From a virus (Duplodnaviria > Heunggongvirae > Uroviricota > Caudoviricetes), in IMG/VR virus record IMGVR_UViG_2740892442_000004: a stretch of DNA of 64,000 nt; one strand, 5' to 3'. The notes under the pieces are model-generated. The model was not told the origin of the DNA and did not search any database. It worked only from the letters and a program-made list of their open reading frames with translations. Positions 46,606-57,712 of this stretch are shown here, in pieces (within the stretch, counting starts at the first letter, position 1; each line of letters opens with the position of its first letter). The position numbers and the translations under genes are program-made.

Positions 46606-48522
46606 ATGAAGTTTTTAAAGCTCCAGGTTGAGAATTTTATGGCTATCGCCAGCGCGGAGGTCGAGTTAGATCAGCGTGGTTTAGTGCTTATTCAGGGTGT
46701 TAATAGTGATGATAGTTCCGCATCAAGTAATGGCTCTGGAAAGTCAACTCTAATGAATAGCCTGATGTGGTGTCTTTATGGCGAAACAGCTCATGGTGTG
46801 AAGGGTGACGATGTGTTGTCTACCGACCATGAAAAGAACTGTCGTGTTGCAGTAACCATCGAGGATGAAGGCAAGAGATACGCAATCATTCGTCACCGTA
46901 AACACAAAGAGTTCAAAAATCGTCTTATCGTTCGTGGTGAAGATGGCGATATGACGAAAGGCAAAGATGCGCTGACGCAGGAGTTCGTCGAGCGTCTGAT
47001 CGGTGCATCTAAAGAGGTTTTCATGGCTTCCATCTATGCGAGCCAAGAAGCTATGCCAGATTTACCTGGAATGTCCGACAAAAACCTCAAAACCATCGTA
47101 GAAGAAGCCGCTGGCGTTGACAGACTGACACGCGCCTACGCTATTGCTCGTGAGCGAGCTAATGCAGCTGCCGCACGTATGGATGTGGTTAAAACCAAAT
47201 TGGAGTCGACAATCTCGACCATTGAGGCAACACAGTCAGAAATTGAGTCAGCGAAAGCCTCCTCTGAATCATGGGAGCAAGAGCGTTCTAAACGTTATGA
47301 CGATGCCCTGGCTGGGCTGGCCAGTGCCGAAGTTGAGTTAACGGAAGTTGAACTTGAGATCCGCACTCTTCCCGAACAGATACGTGATACCGAGAAGGCA
47401 ATCGAAAGTGAGCGCAAAAAGTTAGCCTCAAAAGAAGAACATGACGCCAAGTTGCTCAAAGTTCGTGGTGCGATAACTGATATTCGGGCAAGCATCAAAG
47501 CTACAGAAAATAGTCAGGCTGATGCAATGAGCCGCGCGCGCAATTTTAAGACCAAAGCAGAAGAGGTTGGTACTAAAGTAGGATCACCATGCCCTACTTG
47601 TGGCAAAGCCTACTGCGAAGAAGATCTATCAACGGTGAAGGAGAATTTCATTGAACAAGCACGTCAGGAAATTGGTCAGGCGAAGACACTTGCAGAGGCA
47701 ATGGCTAAACACAAAACGAATCTTGAGAAAGCGTTAAGCATTGAGTCTGCCCTTGTTAAAACGACACCTGATGTAACGGCTATCATTGCCCGGATTGAAG
47801 AGCTTACGAAACAACTCTCATCTTTGCGTCATCGTGAGAAGGAGGTTGTTGCTATTGAGTCTCTTGTGACTCGTGCTCGTACTGAGGTCGATCGTATATC
47901 AAAAGAGATTAATCCGTTTATTGCTCTTATCGCCAGACACGAAGATAACTTGGTATCCAGTAAGTCTACCTTCAAGTCCTTAAAAGATGAGTTGAAGGCT
48001 ATTCAGGAACAAACGTTGCTATTGGAAAAAGCTCGTCAGGTCTACTCTCCTGCCGGGGTGCGTTCTCATATTTTGACGTCTGTTACGCCTTTCCTGAATA
48101 CACGCACTGCCGAGTATCTCAATACGTTGTCTGACGGGAATATTACTGCTGAGTGGTCGACGATGGATGTCACTAAAAAAGGTGAGTATCGCGACAAATT
48201 CAACATTAGTGTGCAGAAGAAAGGTTCAAGTAAGTCGTTCCAGACCCTCTCTGGTGGTGAGAAGCGGAAGGTTCGCATTGCGTGTTCTTTGGCATTGCAG
48301 GATCTGGTTAGTAACCGGGCGAGTAAAAACATCGATTTGTTTATCGGCGACGAAATTGACGATGCACTCGATACAGCCGGTCTTGAACGCCTCATGGGTA
48401 TTCTGGAGTCCAAAGCTCGCGAGCGAGGTACTGTGCTGATTATCTCCCATAAAGAGATGAAGTCATGGTTCCGGGAAACTATTACGCTGGAAGTTAAAGA
48501 GGGGCGCAGCTATGTCGTTTAA
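46606..48522 (+). CDS. SbcC/Rad50-like ATPase
   Basis: Walker A NGSGKSTL, coiled-coil middle with CPTCGKAYC zinc hook, signature LSGGEKRKVRIA, Walker B LFIGDEIDDALD. Confidence 0.8.
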   Translation: MKFLKLQVENFMAIASAEVELDQRGLVLIQGVNSDDSSASSNGSGKSTLMNSLMWCLYGETAHGVKGDDVLSTDHEKNCRVAVTIEDEGKRYAIIRHRKHKEFKNRLIVRGEDGDMTKGKDALTQEFVERLIGASKEVFMASIYASQEAMPDLPGMSDKNLKTIVEEAAGVDRLTRAYAIARERANAAAARMDVVKTKLESTISTIEATQSEIESAKASSESWEQERSKRYDDALAGLASAEVELTEVELEIRTLPEQIRDTEKAIESERKKLASKEEHDAKLLKVRGAITDIRASIKATENSQADAMSRARNFKTKAEEVGTKVGSPCPTCGKAYCEEDLSTVKENFIEQARQEIGQAKTLAEAMAKHKTNLEKALSIESALVKTTPDVTAIIARIEELTKQLSSLRHREKEVVAIESLVTRARTEVDRISKEINPFIALIARHEDNLVSSKSTFKSLKDELKAIQEQTLLLEKARQVYSPAGVRSHILTSVTPFLNTRTAEYLNTLSDGNITAEWSTMDVTKKGEYRDKFNISVQKKGSSKSFQTLSGGEKRKVRIACSLALQDLVSNRASKNIDLFIGDEIDDALDTAGLERLMGILESKARERGTVLIISHKEMKSWFRETITLEVKEGRSYVV

Positions 48523-49255
48523 ATTAAGCCGCTCGCAGTTTTTGCAGGTATTTGCAGTGATGCAGTCGATAAAACTGATCAATGGGCATACTTCCAATGG
48601 TGCGGCTCCACGTATTCTGTGGGGCAGCAACAATATTGACGGAGTACAATTCGCCGCGTTGCTTGGTCTAATATCCGAGACGCCATTGATGCAAAGTTTG
48701 AAATCACTACCACCTGGATGTATTGCGCCGATCCTGATTAATCCTTTTGTTGAGGGGGGATATCTTCCCAACGTCGGGCCTGGGTTTATTGCATCCCATG
48801 AAACTGAAGATCTTAACATTAATAGCGAAGGGTTCTTTGGGGGAATGGGTGCGCATCACTGTATGGCTTTCACGAACCTTATTCGACTTGCCAATAAGCG
48901 GGTGGATAGTTTGGCATCGCCAGGTGATGCTTTTACTGGTTTCCTTATCCAAAGGAGGGATAAAAAGTACAGTGCGGACAAACTACAGTTTGTTGGTAAG
49001 TATGGAGAAATGGTAGAAATCGAACTTCAGCTCCCTCATGTTTTAGCAAACGATAGTGCAGACAGTCGGAGGCTATTGGGCATCATGCGTCATTTCATAG
49101 CAAGTGGTGTTAAACATGCCGCAGATAAACGTGTCACGCAGGAAAATGAGTATTCAGACTTTGCAAACTATCCCCAACCAACGTTGCAAACGGCAATAGT
49201 AGCCAATTCGTTGGAGGCGAGATTATTGGAAAACCCTATATGGGGAACATGGTAA
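48512..49255 (+). CDS. Hypothetical protein
   Basis: 247-aa ORF between the SbcC-like and RuvC-like genes. Confidence 0.45.
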   Translation: MSFKLSRSQFLQVFAVMQSIKLINGHTSNGAAPRILWGSNNIDGVQFAALLGLISETPLMQSLKSLPPGCIAPILINPFVEGGYLPNVGPGFIASHETEDLNINSEGFFGGMGAHHCMAFTNLIRLANKRVDSLASPGDAFTGFLIQRRDKKYSADKLQFVGKYGEMVEIELQLPHVLANDSADSRRLLGIMRHFIASGVKHAADKRVTQENEYSDFANYPQPTLQTAIVANSLEARLLENPIWGTW

Positions 49256-49264
49256 GGAGACTAT

Positions 49265-49834
49265 ATGAGTAAAAAAATCAGCGTAGTTGGTGTTGATCCC
49301 TCAATGAGCAACTTTGGGCTTGCTGTGGGCACTTTAGACCTTGAGACGGACGAACTTGAGATTCACGGCCTTACTCTTGTTGAGACTAAAGCGGGGAGTA
49401 ACAAAAAGACCGTTCGTGTGAACAGTGACGATCTGCGCCGCGCCAGTGAAATATGGCGTGTTGCGAAGCCAATCATTGATAAGGCAAATATGGTTTTTTG
49501 TGAGCTACCGGTTGGGAGCCAAAACTCTCGTTCGCAGACGTCTTACGGTATTTGTATCGGTGTACTTGCGTGTGTGGATAAGCCATTGATCCAGGTTACT
49601 CCAAACGAAATCAAGCATTTTGTCGGCAATAAACTTACTACATCGAAAGAAGAGATTATCCAGTGGGCTACGAAAAAACACCCTAAAGCACCGTGGCTGC
49701 GTCGTAAGCAATCTGGACAGGATGTTCTCGTGAACAAAAACGAACATTTGGCTGATGCGGTGGCTGCCATCCATACCGGTATGCAAACAGATCAGTTCCG
49801 CCAGGTGCGCGATGTTCTTAAGTCTCTCATTTGA
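49265..49834 (+). CDS. RuvC-like Holliday junction resolvase
   Basis: N-terminus ISVVGVDPSMSNFGLAV and HLADAVAAIHTG fit the RuvC/RNase H-fold resolvase pattern. Confidence 0.6.
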   Translation: MSKKISVVGVDPSMSNFGLAVGTLDLETDELEIHGLTLVETKAGSNKKTVRVNSDDLRRASEIWRVAKPIIDKANMVFCELPVGSQNSRSQTSYGICIGVLACVDKPLIQVTPNEIKHFVGNKLTTSKEEIIQWATKKHPKAPWLRRKQSGQDVLVNKNEHLADAVAAIHTGMQTDQFRQVRDVLKSLI

Positions 49835-49862
49835 TTTCATTGATAGGTAAGTGCTTATCTAT

Positions 49863-49893
49863 TAACATGGGCCACTATATTTAGTGGCCCTCT
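49863..49893 (+). terminator. Rho-independent terminator
   Basis: GGGCCACTA-tattt-AGTGGCCC followed by TCTTTATTT. Confidence 0.6.
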
Positions 49894-49907
49894 TTATTTG
49901 GTGATAC

Positions 49908-52221
49908 ATGATAAGCATCGTAAAACGTAACGGCCAAACAGAGCCGTTATCCGAAGAAAAATACAACCGCGTCGTAATGTATGGCGTAGAAGGCATTCGT
50001 GGTGTAAGCGCATCCGCTGTAGCAATGGGAGCTGCGGCCAGCATTTTTGATGGGATTACCACCAGCCAGTTGCATGAGGCTTTGGTTAAATCTGCCGCTG
50101 ATTTGATCTCACCAGAAGCACCAAATTACTCACAGGTGCTGCCCGCCTGAACATTTTTAAAATCCGCAAAGATGCCTTCGGTCGTTACGACTATCCGAAC
50201 TTCTACCAACACATTGTCAAGAACGTTAACAAGGGCGTTTATGACAAGGATTTGCTGACACATTATTCGTTTGAAGAGATCGAAGAACTCGGCAATTACA
50301 TTAAGCCGAAACGTGACGATCTTTTTGGCTATGCAGCTACGGTGCAGTTGCAAAGCAAATACCTCGTTCAAAACCGTGTTACTGGTGAGATTCATGAGGG
50401 GCCGCAACATATCTATATGCTGGTAGGCATGTGTCTGTTCCAGAATTGGGAAGACGACTGCGCTGGCAAAACACGTATGGAGATGGTCAAAGGTTTCTAT
50501 GACGTTACAAGTACGTTCAAACTGTCTCTGCCCACACCAATCATGGCCGGCGTCCGTACTCCAACCCGTCAGTTCTCCAGTTGTGTGCTGATTGAGTCTG
50601 GCGATAGTCTGAAAGGGATTAGTGCAGCTTCAGCCGCAATTATCGACTACGTTTCACGTCGTGCTGGAATTGGTATTGGTTTTGGCCGTATCCGTGCGCT
50701 GGGCAGCGAGATCCGCAATGGTGAAGCCACCCATACCGGAGTTATTCCATTCCTGAAGCATTTCCAGACGGCTGTTAAATCTTGTTCGCAAGGTGGTGTT
50801 CGTGGTGGCGCAGCAACAGCGTTTTACCCGATCTGGCATCTTGAAGTTGAAAGTCTGCTGGTGGTGAAAAATAACCGTGGTATTGATGAAAACCGCGTTC
50901 GCCATCTTGATTACGGCGTCATGAGTAACCGTCTAATGTACCGTCGACTCGTCAGAAGCGAGAACATCACTCTGTTCAGCCGCATGATGTGCCTGATATG
51001 TACGAAGCCTTCTTCACAGACCAGGAGCTGTTTGAAAAGCTGTACCATAAATACGAAGCCGATGATTCAATTCGCAAGAAGCCAGTACCTGCCATTGAGC
51101 TGTTCTCATCTCTGATGCAGGAACGAGCGTCCACGGGCCGAATTTATATTGCGAACGTAGATCATATTAACGAGCATGGCGCTTTCATTCCTGCTCTTGC
51201 ACCTGTTCGCCAGTCAAACCTGTGCATGGAGATCACTCTACCCACTCGTCCACTGGCATTTACCGACGACCCGAACGGTGAGATCGCGCTATGCACTTTA
51301 TCCGCTTTTAACCTCGGAGCCATCCGTTCACTGGAGTCTCTTAAAGAGGTGGCGTTCTATGCCGTTGCTGCACTGGATTCGTTACTGGATTATCAAGACT
51401 ATCCGATGGAGGCAGCCGAAGTGCCTGCCAAAGCTCGTCGTAGCTTGGGAATTGGTGTAACCAACTTTGCTTATTACCTGGCAAAGAATGGCGTTCGTTA
51501 TTCTGATACCGCTGGCAATAAACTGGTGCATGAAACGTTCGAAGCTATCCAGTATTACCTTCTTGATGCCAGCTGCCGACTTGCTGAAGCAAAAGGTGAG
51601 TGTGACTGGTTTGAGCAGACCAAGTACGCAATTGGTCAGTTGCCGATCGACCATTACCGTTCTTCATTAGACGAAAGTGGCGAAACCAACTTTGAGTTAA
51701 AGATGCCGTGGGAAGAACTGCGTGAACGTATTGCAAAATACGGCCTTCGCAACTCCACACTGACGGCACAAATGCCATGCGAGACTTCCAGCCAGATCAC
51801 TAATTCCACCAACGGCATCGAACCGCCTCGTGGCCCGGTGTCGGTGAAATCTTCTAAGGACGGCATCGTTAAGATGGTCGTGCCTGAGTTTGAAAAACTG
51901 AAGGAACAGTATGAATACCTGTGGGATATGCCGGACAACCGCGGCTATCTGACAAAGGTGGCGATCATCCAGAAGTTCTTTGACCAGGCTATTTCAGCCA
52001 ATACCAACTATGACCCTTCTCGCTTTGAAGGCGATAAAGTCCCAATGATGACGCTACTGTCAGATTTGCTTCTCGCCTACAAGATGGGAGTTAAAACGCT
52101 TTACTACCACAACACCAGAGATGGGGCAGGAAAGCGTGATGACGACGAACCGCAGAATCCACTGACGCAAGCTGTAGCCGTCGAGCCAGAAGATGAGTGC
52201 GACGGAGCCTGCAAAATCTGA
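49908..52221 (+). CDS. nrdA: Ribonucleotide reductase class Ia large subunit NrdA; frame interrupted twice (near 50140 and 50965)
   Basis: Three track ORFs (49908-50150, 50252-51115, 50989-52221) read consecutively as NrdA, tracking the E. coli enzyme: ATP cone, ...VRTPTRQFSSCVLIE..., ...SNLCMEI..., C-terminal CDGACKI. Each junction is restored by adding one base. Confidence 0.85.
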
Positions 52222-52223
52222 CA

Positions 52224-52255
52224 TATGGTGGGGGATATCCCCACCTTCTCTTTGA
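52224..52255 (+). terminator. Rho-independent terminator after nrdA
   Basis: GGTGGGGGATATCCCCACC followed by a T-rich tract. Confidence 0.65.
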
Positions 52256-52327
52256 TTTGTAAGCCTTGTTTAAACACATAAGATAACAACTTGTTTAAAC
52301 GCACCAAAAAAGAAAAAGGAAAAACAC

Positions 52328-53470
52328 ATGTCATATTCAACGTTCCGTTTGGGTGCTAATGATGCAACCAAAGAGCCTATGTTCCTCGGACAATCTGTCA
52401 ACGTGGCACGTTACGATCAGCAAAAATACCGTGATTTTGAAAAGTTGATTGAACGTCAATTGTCTTTCTTCTGGCGGCCGGAAGAAGTTGATATTTCGAG
52501 CGATCGTATCGACTTCAACACGAAGCTGCGGGACCACGAACGTCACATTTTTCTGAGCAATCTCCGTTATCAAACGTTACTCGATTCAGTTCAGGGACGT
52601 AGCCCAAATGCAACGCTGCTGCCGCTTATCTCTATTCCTGAACTGGAAACGTGGGTTGAAACATGGTCTTTCTCTGAGACTATCCATAGCCGCAGCTACA
52701 CCCACATTATTCGTGGCATGGTGGACGATCCGAGCATTGTTTTTGACGGTATTGTTACGGATGAAGAAATCATCAACCGAGCGATCAGTATCTCTGCTGA
52801 ATATGACAGGCTTTATGGGATGACCTGCGAGCGCCAGTCGTTAGGTGAGAAAGAGTTTGAACGTCTGTACGTAAATGAATATGGCTGGGAGCCATACCCT
52901 TTGCATCGTCAGCTTTTCCGCACGTTGGTGTCCATTAATGCGCTTGAGGCGATCCGTTTCTATGTAAGTTTTGCATGTACGTTTGCCTTTGGCGAACGGA
53001 AGTTGCTTGAGGGTAACACCAAAATTATGCGCTTTATTGCCCGTGATGAAGCTCTGCATTGCGAAGGAACTGAACGCATGATCCGCTTCATGCGTACCGG
53101 TCGCGAAGGTTTATTGTGGAAAGAGATTGCTGCTGATGAAGAAAACGTCATTTACGACACCATGAAATCAGTCGCCGAACAAGAAATGAACTGGGCAGAC
53201 TATCTCTTCAAAGACGGTTCGATGATTGGTTTAAACGCGGATATTCTGAAGACCTATGTAAAATACCGAACCAATCTGGCTATGAATCGTCTTGGCCTGA
53301 AGGCTTTATTTCCAGAAGTTACCACTGATCCGCTGGTCTGGATGAACAAGTGGTTGTTAACCGACACACTGCAAATTGCACCACAAGAGGCAGAGCAAAG
53401 CACATATCTGGTAGGTCAGATCGATTCTACCGTGGATAAGGCTTCTCTAAGCCAGTTTGCAGACCTGTAA
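52328..53470 (+). CDS. nrdB: Ribonucleotide reductase class Ia small subunit NrdB
   Basis: [55 protein letters not shown] is near-colinear with the E. coli NrdB N-terminus; 380 aa. Confidence 0.9.
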   Translation: MSYSTFRLGANDATKEPMFLGQSVNVARYDQQKYRDFEKLIERQLSFFWRPEEVDISSDRIDFNTKLRDHERHIFLSNLRYQTLLDSVQGRSPNATLLPLISIPELETWVETWSFSETIHSRSYTHIIRGMVDDPSIVFDGIVTDEEIINRAISISAEYDRLYGMTCERQSLGEKEFERLYVNEYGWEPYPLHRQLFRTLVSINALEAIRFYVSFACTFAFGERKLLEGNTKIMRFIARDEALHCEGTERMIRFMRTGREGLLWKEIAADEENVIYDTMKSVAEQEMNWADYLFKDGSMIGLNADILKTYVKYRTNLAMNRLGLKALFPEVTTDPLVWMNKWLLTDTLQIAPQEAEQSTYLVGQIDSTVDKASLSQFADL

Positions 53471-53547
53471 ACCGATACAAAGCATTATGTGGCCTGGCAA
53501 CGCTGGGCCACAATGGATCACAAGAATTAAGAAGGAACAAAACTAGC

Positions 53548-54417
53548 ATGAACTTTACCAAACTGACTGACCACCTGAAACTTGCCACCGATCGACTCAT
53601 TGGATTTAAGCCAGAACCATATGAGTTGCATGAAGGCCATGGTGTAGCCACTGAAAGTATTTACAAGATGGTCGATCAGTTTCATGAACTCTTCCAGCAT
53701 CCGAGACGCGTTATGCCGACACCAGAGCTGCTTCGTCTCCGTGCAAGCCTGATTCATGAAGAAGCTGTAGTGGAAGGTATTCCAGCTGCAATGAATGGGG
53801 ATATTGAGCAACTGCTGGATGCAATGGCCGACTTTTTATACGTTGGTGTTGGTACGATGGTCGCCATCAAAGGTGGTATTTCTACCGGCATGACCTATTA
53901 CACGCAGGAACAGAGCATTGATCGCTTTATGCAGACAATTTTTGTGCCCGGTAACACTGTTTTCGATGATATGGCAATGCCATTTCAGGAAGCTCGTGAG
54001 GCGTCATGTATGCTCGAAGAGCTGGCAGATAAACTTGAGAACAAGACTGTTAAGGATTCTGAGCTGATTCAGGAACTGCGCCGTGTCATGAACAAAATCT
54101 ATGTGGCGTGCATGATGACCTATCGACTGGCTGATTTCCTCGGTATCAATGTAGTCGAGCTGGTTGGCGAAATTCATCGGTCTAACATGACAAAATTATG
54201 GCCTGCTGATGTAGAGGAACGTCACCAGGCTGTGGCCAACTGCAAATACGACTCTTCAGACCTGGGATTTCGCCATGCTGATGGTACCGATAAGATGATC
54301 GGTTTTCGAATTTCCGATGGAAAGATTCTGAAGTCTCCAACCTATAGTGATGTCGATTTATCCTCCTTTGTTGAGCAAGCTAAAGCCTCAGCAATGTACG
54401 GAATGATCAAAAAATAA
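53548..54417 (+). CDS. Putative all-alpha NTP pyrophosphohydrolase (MazG/dimeric dUTPase-like)
   Basis: IHEEAVVEGIPAAMNGDIEQLLDAMADFLYV resembles the EExxE...D metal-binding helix pair of MazG-type enzymes; sits in the nucleotide-metabolism block. Confidence 0.4.
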   Translation: MNFTKLTDHLKLATDRLIGFKPEPYELHEGHGVATESIYKMVDQFHELFQHPRRVMPTPELLRLRASLIHEEAVVEGIPAAMNGDIEQLLDAMADFLYVGVGTMVAIKGGISTGMTYYTQEQSIDRFMQTIFVPGNTVFDDMAMPFQEAREASCMLEELADKLENKTVKDSELIQELRRVMNKIYVACMMTYRLADFLGINVVELVGEIHRSNMTKLWPADVEERHQAVANCKYDSSDLGFRHADGTDKMIGFRISDGKILKSPTYSDVDLSSFVEQAKASAMYGMIKK

Positions 54418-54485
54418 TTGTAGGTAGTTATCTATCTATGTATATTGTGTTGGCGCGTTAAATTCCTGAAACAACTATTCGTTTT

Positions 54486-54510
54486 TGGTGGCCTATGGCC
54501 ACCATTTTTT
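54486..54510 (+). terminator. Rho-independent terminator
   Basis: GGTGGCC-tat-GGCCACC followed by ATTTTTTTAT. Confidence 0.7.
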
Positions 54511-54588
54511 TATCTATCTGGCCTTGTTCTCTCAATAAATGTAAACTCACGTAATGAATAAGTGGTTACTTATCTTTGTGAGGTTTTT

Positions 54589-55692
54589 GTGTCACTCCTT
54601 TTGAATCGTGAGCATACGAACGGTCAGGTAACAAACGCATCGTATGCAAAAGTTATTGAGACGGTGCTTAAAAGCGGCGTGCAGGCTGATGATCGCACAG
54701 GCACTGGTACTTTAAGCACCTGCTACGTTCCCTCTTACTACATGCTTACTGGTGGGACTGTGCCGCTTATTTCTGGAAAGGCGGTAAATCTTAAGCCACT
54801 GCTTGTCGAACTTGAGTGGTATCTGAAAGGCACGGGCAACATCCAATTTCTCAAGGATAACGGCGTTAAGATTTGGGATGCATGGGCCGATGAGAATGGC
54901 GATTTGGGGCCGGTTTACGGTAAGCAGTGGCGTCGATGGGAAGATACCCGCATCGTGAGCCATAGTGAATATCTGAGCAAGATCGCTACTTTCCGTGAAC
55001 GCGGGTACAAAGTCGAGGGATACCTGGGTATCAGTGAAGATCGCGTAGTGCTGTCCCGTGAAATCGATCAGCTACAGCGTATTGTCGATACACTGCGCAC
55101 GAACCCTACCGATCGTCGCATCATGCTTAACGCATGGAACGTAGGCGAGCTTGAGGATATGAAACTGCCACCTTGCCACTTTGTCTTCTCTTTGTGGAGT
55201 CGTGAGCTGGATTTTGAAACCCGTTTAACGATGGCAACTGACATTGGTCTTCAACACAGTCGCCTCGGTTACGAGTCTATCTACACCAAGATGCTATACG
55301 ATCTGGAGATGGACGGCAGTGTTACTGAAGCTGAACTGGATGAACTTGGAATCCCCAAACGCATCCTCAACTCCTGCCTCGTACAGCGTAGCGTAGACAC
55401 TTTTGTTGGTATGCCATTCAATATTGCTGGCTATGGCATTCTCACTCATTTTCTCGCGAAGATTACGGGTCACATGGCCGGTGCATTTGTGCATTTTGGC
55501 TTTGACGTGCATTTGTACAACAACCACATGGAAGGTGTGTGTGAGCTAATGAAACGACAGGCTCCAGAGCATTCAGATCCGGTCGTTATTTTCCCTCATG
55601 AATGGTCAGAGTTGGATGATTTCAAATGGGACGAGGTTTTAATTCTTGGCTATGACCCTCTATCGTGGATCAAGGTTCCAGTGGCGGTGTGA
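54589..55692 (+). CDS. thyA: Thymidylate synthase (ThyA) with insertions
   Basis: DDRTGTGTLS, LELEWYLKG, IWDAWADENGDLGPVYGKQWRRW and catalytic LPPCHFVFSLW; GTG 54589 follows GAGG ribosome-binding site (track's longer ORF starts inside a promoter-like motif). Confidence 0.85.
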   Translation: MSLLLNREHTNGQVTNASYAKVIETVLKSGVQADDRTGTGTLSTCYVPSYYMLTGGTVPLISGKAVNLKPLLVELEWYLKGTGNIQFLKDNGVKIWDAWADENGDLGPVYGKQWRRWEDTRIVSHSEYLSKIATFRERGYKVEGYLGISEDRVVLSREIDQLQRIVDTLRTNPTDRRIMLNAWNVGELEDMKLPPCHFVFSLWSRELDFETRLTMATDIGLQHSRLGYESIYTKMLYDLEMDGSVTEAELDELGIPKRILNSCLVQRSVDTFVGMPFNIAGYGILTHFLAKITGHMAGAFVHFGFDVHLYNNHMEGVCELMKRQAPEHSDPVVIFPHEWSELDDFKWDEVLILGYDPLSWIKVPVAV

Positions 55693-55693
55693 T

Positions 55694-56107
55694 ATGGCAA
55701 GAGGTATGTATGTCTTATGCGAAATTGAAGGTGTGCTGGCAAATGCCAGCCATCGTAAATCAGTATCTGACGCGGATGCAGGCCAGCTCATTGCCGGTGA
55801 TGAACTCATTTTCCCCACCAGCCGTATGTTGCGTGGTTTTGCTCGCTCAGGGGCTGAAGTGGTGCTTATCAGTAGCCGCTCTGAAACTCTTGAAGCGCCA
55901 ACTAAACGATGGCTGAAAGATTTTGGCGTTGATTATGACTGGCTTCATCTCGTACCGAATGGCACCAGTTATGAGAAGCATATTAAGCGCACATTAGCGG
56001 AGCATAAAGGCGATCTGCTTATCGCTGCGCTGGTGCACGATCCTCGACTCCGTGCCGCTTTAGCCGACTCTCACCATCGACCGGTCATCTATGAGGTGAG
56101 CAAATGA
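55694..56107 (+). CDS. Hypothetical protein
   Basis: Start ATG 55694 overlaps the thyA stop (TGATATG); 137 aa; no confident motif. Confidence 0.4.
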   Translation: MARGMYVLCEIEGVLANASHRKSVSDADAGQLIAGDELIFPTSRMLRGFARSGAEVVLISSRSETLEAPTKRWLKDFGVDYDWLHLVPNGTSYEKHIKRTLAEHKGDLLIAALVHDPRLRAALADSHHRPVIYEVSK

Positions 56108-56580
56108 AGATGATCGCTGCTGTTGGCCGTAACTATGAGATCGGCATAGCGAATGAACTCCCCTGGCGTTGTTCTACCGATCTGAAGCTATTTAAGAGAC
56201 TCACCAAAAACGCCACTGTCGTTATGGGGCGTAAAACGATGGAAAGTCTCAAACGCCCTCTTCCAGAGCGTCATAACCTCGTTTTGACGCGCTCTCATGG
56301 CTTTGTACCAAATGGATTCTACCCTGCTGGTGTGGATGATGTGTTGCGATTACCAGAGCCTGTGTGGGTGATTGGCGGGGAACAAATTTACTCGCTATTC
56401 ATGCCGCATGTTGAAGAGATTTGGCTCTCCCACATCGGCGTTGATGTGCCAAACGCCGATGCATTCTTCCCGGCAAGCATGATGCGTAATTTAGGCTTTG
56501 TGCCTGTTGAAACAGCTTATACCCAACGAGCCAGCGAGGAAGAGCCTGGCTTTTCGCAGATCGTATACAGAAGGTCGTAA
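56104..56580 (+). CDS. folA: Dihydrofolate reductase
   Basis: MKMIAAVGRNYEIGIANELPWRCSTDLKLFKRLTKNATVVMGRKTMESL...VWVIGGEQIYSLFMP parallels DHFR motifs; coupled to upstream gene (ATGA overlap). Confidence 0.85.
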   Translation: MKMIAAVGRNYEIGIANELPWRCSTDLKLFKRLTKNATVVMGRKTMESLKRPLPERHNLVLTRSHGFVPNGFYPAGVDDVLRLPEPVWVIGGEQIYSLFMPHVEEIWLSHIGVDVPNADAFFPASMMRNLGFVPVETAYTQRASEEEPGFSQIVYRRS

Positions 56581-57014
56581 TGGATTACCGGATTGGGATC
56601 ACTGGTGCTCAGGGCAGTGGGAAAACAACCCTGGCTAAATATATCGACAAACATTACGGAATCCCTTACGTGGATGCTGGTGTCGGAAGTTTGATGAGCC
56701 GCCTCGGTGTTCGAGTAGGTGATTCTATGCCTCTATATGAGCGGCTTCAGATTCAAATGGAAATAGCAAAGCATATAGAGCTACTTACGCGTGGTGTTGA
56801 AGGCTTTGTTATCGATCGCACACCTGCTGATGTTATGGCCTACACGTTGGATTTGGTCGGCCATACAAATGAAGATCGGTGTATTGAGTTAGCCCTCGAT
56901 ATCGAAAAGTTTTGCCACAAAACTGCTATTTCAAACTTTAACGCCATTGCTGCTTACGCCCGGGAGTCGCTCTCTCAGAGCGAGATTACTTGCGATCACA
57001 ACGAGCATCATTAG
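56580..57014 (+). CDS. P-loop NTPase, putative nucleotide kinase
   Basis: Walker A GITGAQGSGKTTLA at N-terminus, 144 aa; nucleotide-metabolism context. Confidence 0.5.
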   Translation: MDYRIGITGAQGSGKTTLAKYIDKHYGIPYVDAGVGSLMSRLGVRVGDSMPLYERLQIQMEIAKHIELLTRGVEGFVIDRTPADVMAYTLDLVGHTNEDRCIELALDIEKFCHKTAISNFNAIAAYARESLSQSEITCDHNEHH

Positions 57015-57284
57015 ACCGTCTGTATGTCGCTCGTATTGATGCGTTGATGTGCGGGGAACTGACAAAAATTCACCTGCATCCGCAAAGGGGAGATCTGCAA
57101 ACCTTCGTCGTTTCCAACCGATATCGCACGGTTGAAGCAAGAGCCAGATCAGTGATGAGAATGCTAGATAACGCTGTAGAAAAGATAGAAAACCGGTTCT
57201 GTGGCCGAGTGACCGTTCATTAGAAATTGTTCGCCTCTTCGACATTGCGACAATAAAACTCTCAAAATGGGTTAAGGATAAAAA

Positions 57285-57703
57285 ATGTTTAGTGAAATGT
57301 TGCTTGAAGATGAACTGGATCGGAAAACAACAGAGGCTTTGATTCGTGTAGCGGACGAACATTCCCGGTCGCTTATGAGCGATCGAGAGGCTCGTCTGGC
57401 TATTCGTGCCATATTCGAACTGCGCAGGGGCTTGTTGGTACACAAGTGGGTGAAGCCATTAACATCGCCATGTCTCAGTTCAGTGAAGGCAGTAAAAAGC
57501 CTCTGTTTCCTATGCATTTGATGCTGGCTGGTGGCACGGTGCTTTATATCTCTGTTTGTCTGGATAGCAACCAAATCAATATTCTCAACACTGTGTCAGG
57601 TAAGTGGAAAGATCCGATTGTCTGTGAAACCAGTGAAGAAACTTTGAAAAAAGCGGCTCAATTTGTACGTAGCGCACTACTTAAGGGCGCTAAGAAGTTG
57701 TAA
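57285..57703 (+). CDS. Hypothetical protein(s); two overlapping ORFs possibly one gene with another -1 frame break
   Basis: ORFs 57285-57521 and 57446-57703 overlap with a -1 frame relationship like the other interrupted genes; no motif. Confidence 0.3.
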
Positions 57704-57712
57704 GGAGTTCTG

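Noticed and set aside
46331-46609. 92-aa ORF bridging the SbcD-like and SbcC-like genes
   Set aside because: It overlaps the 3' end of the SbcD-like gene in another frame and has no motif; probably spurious, though a small coupling peptide cannot be excluded.
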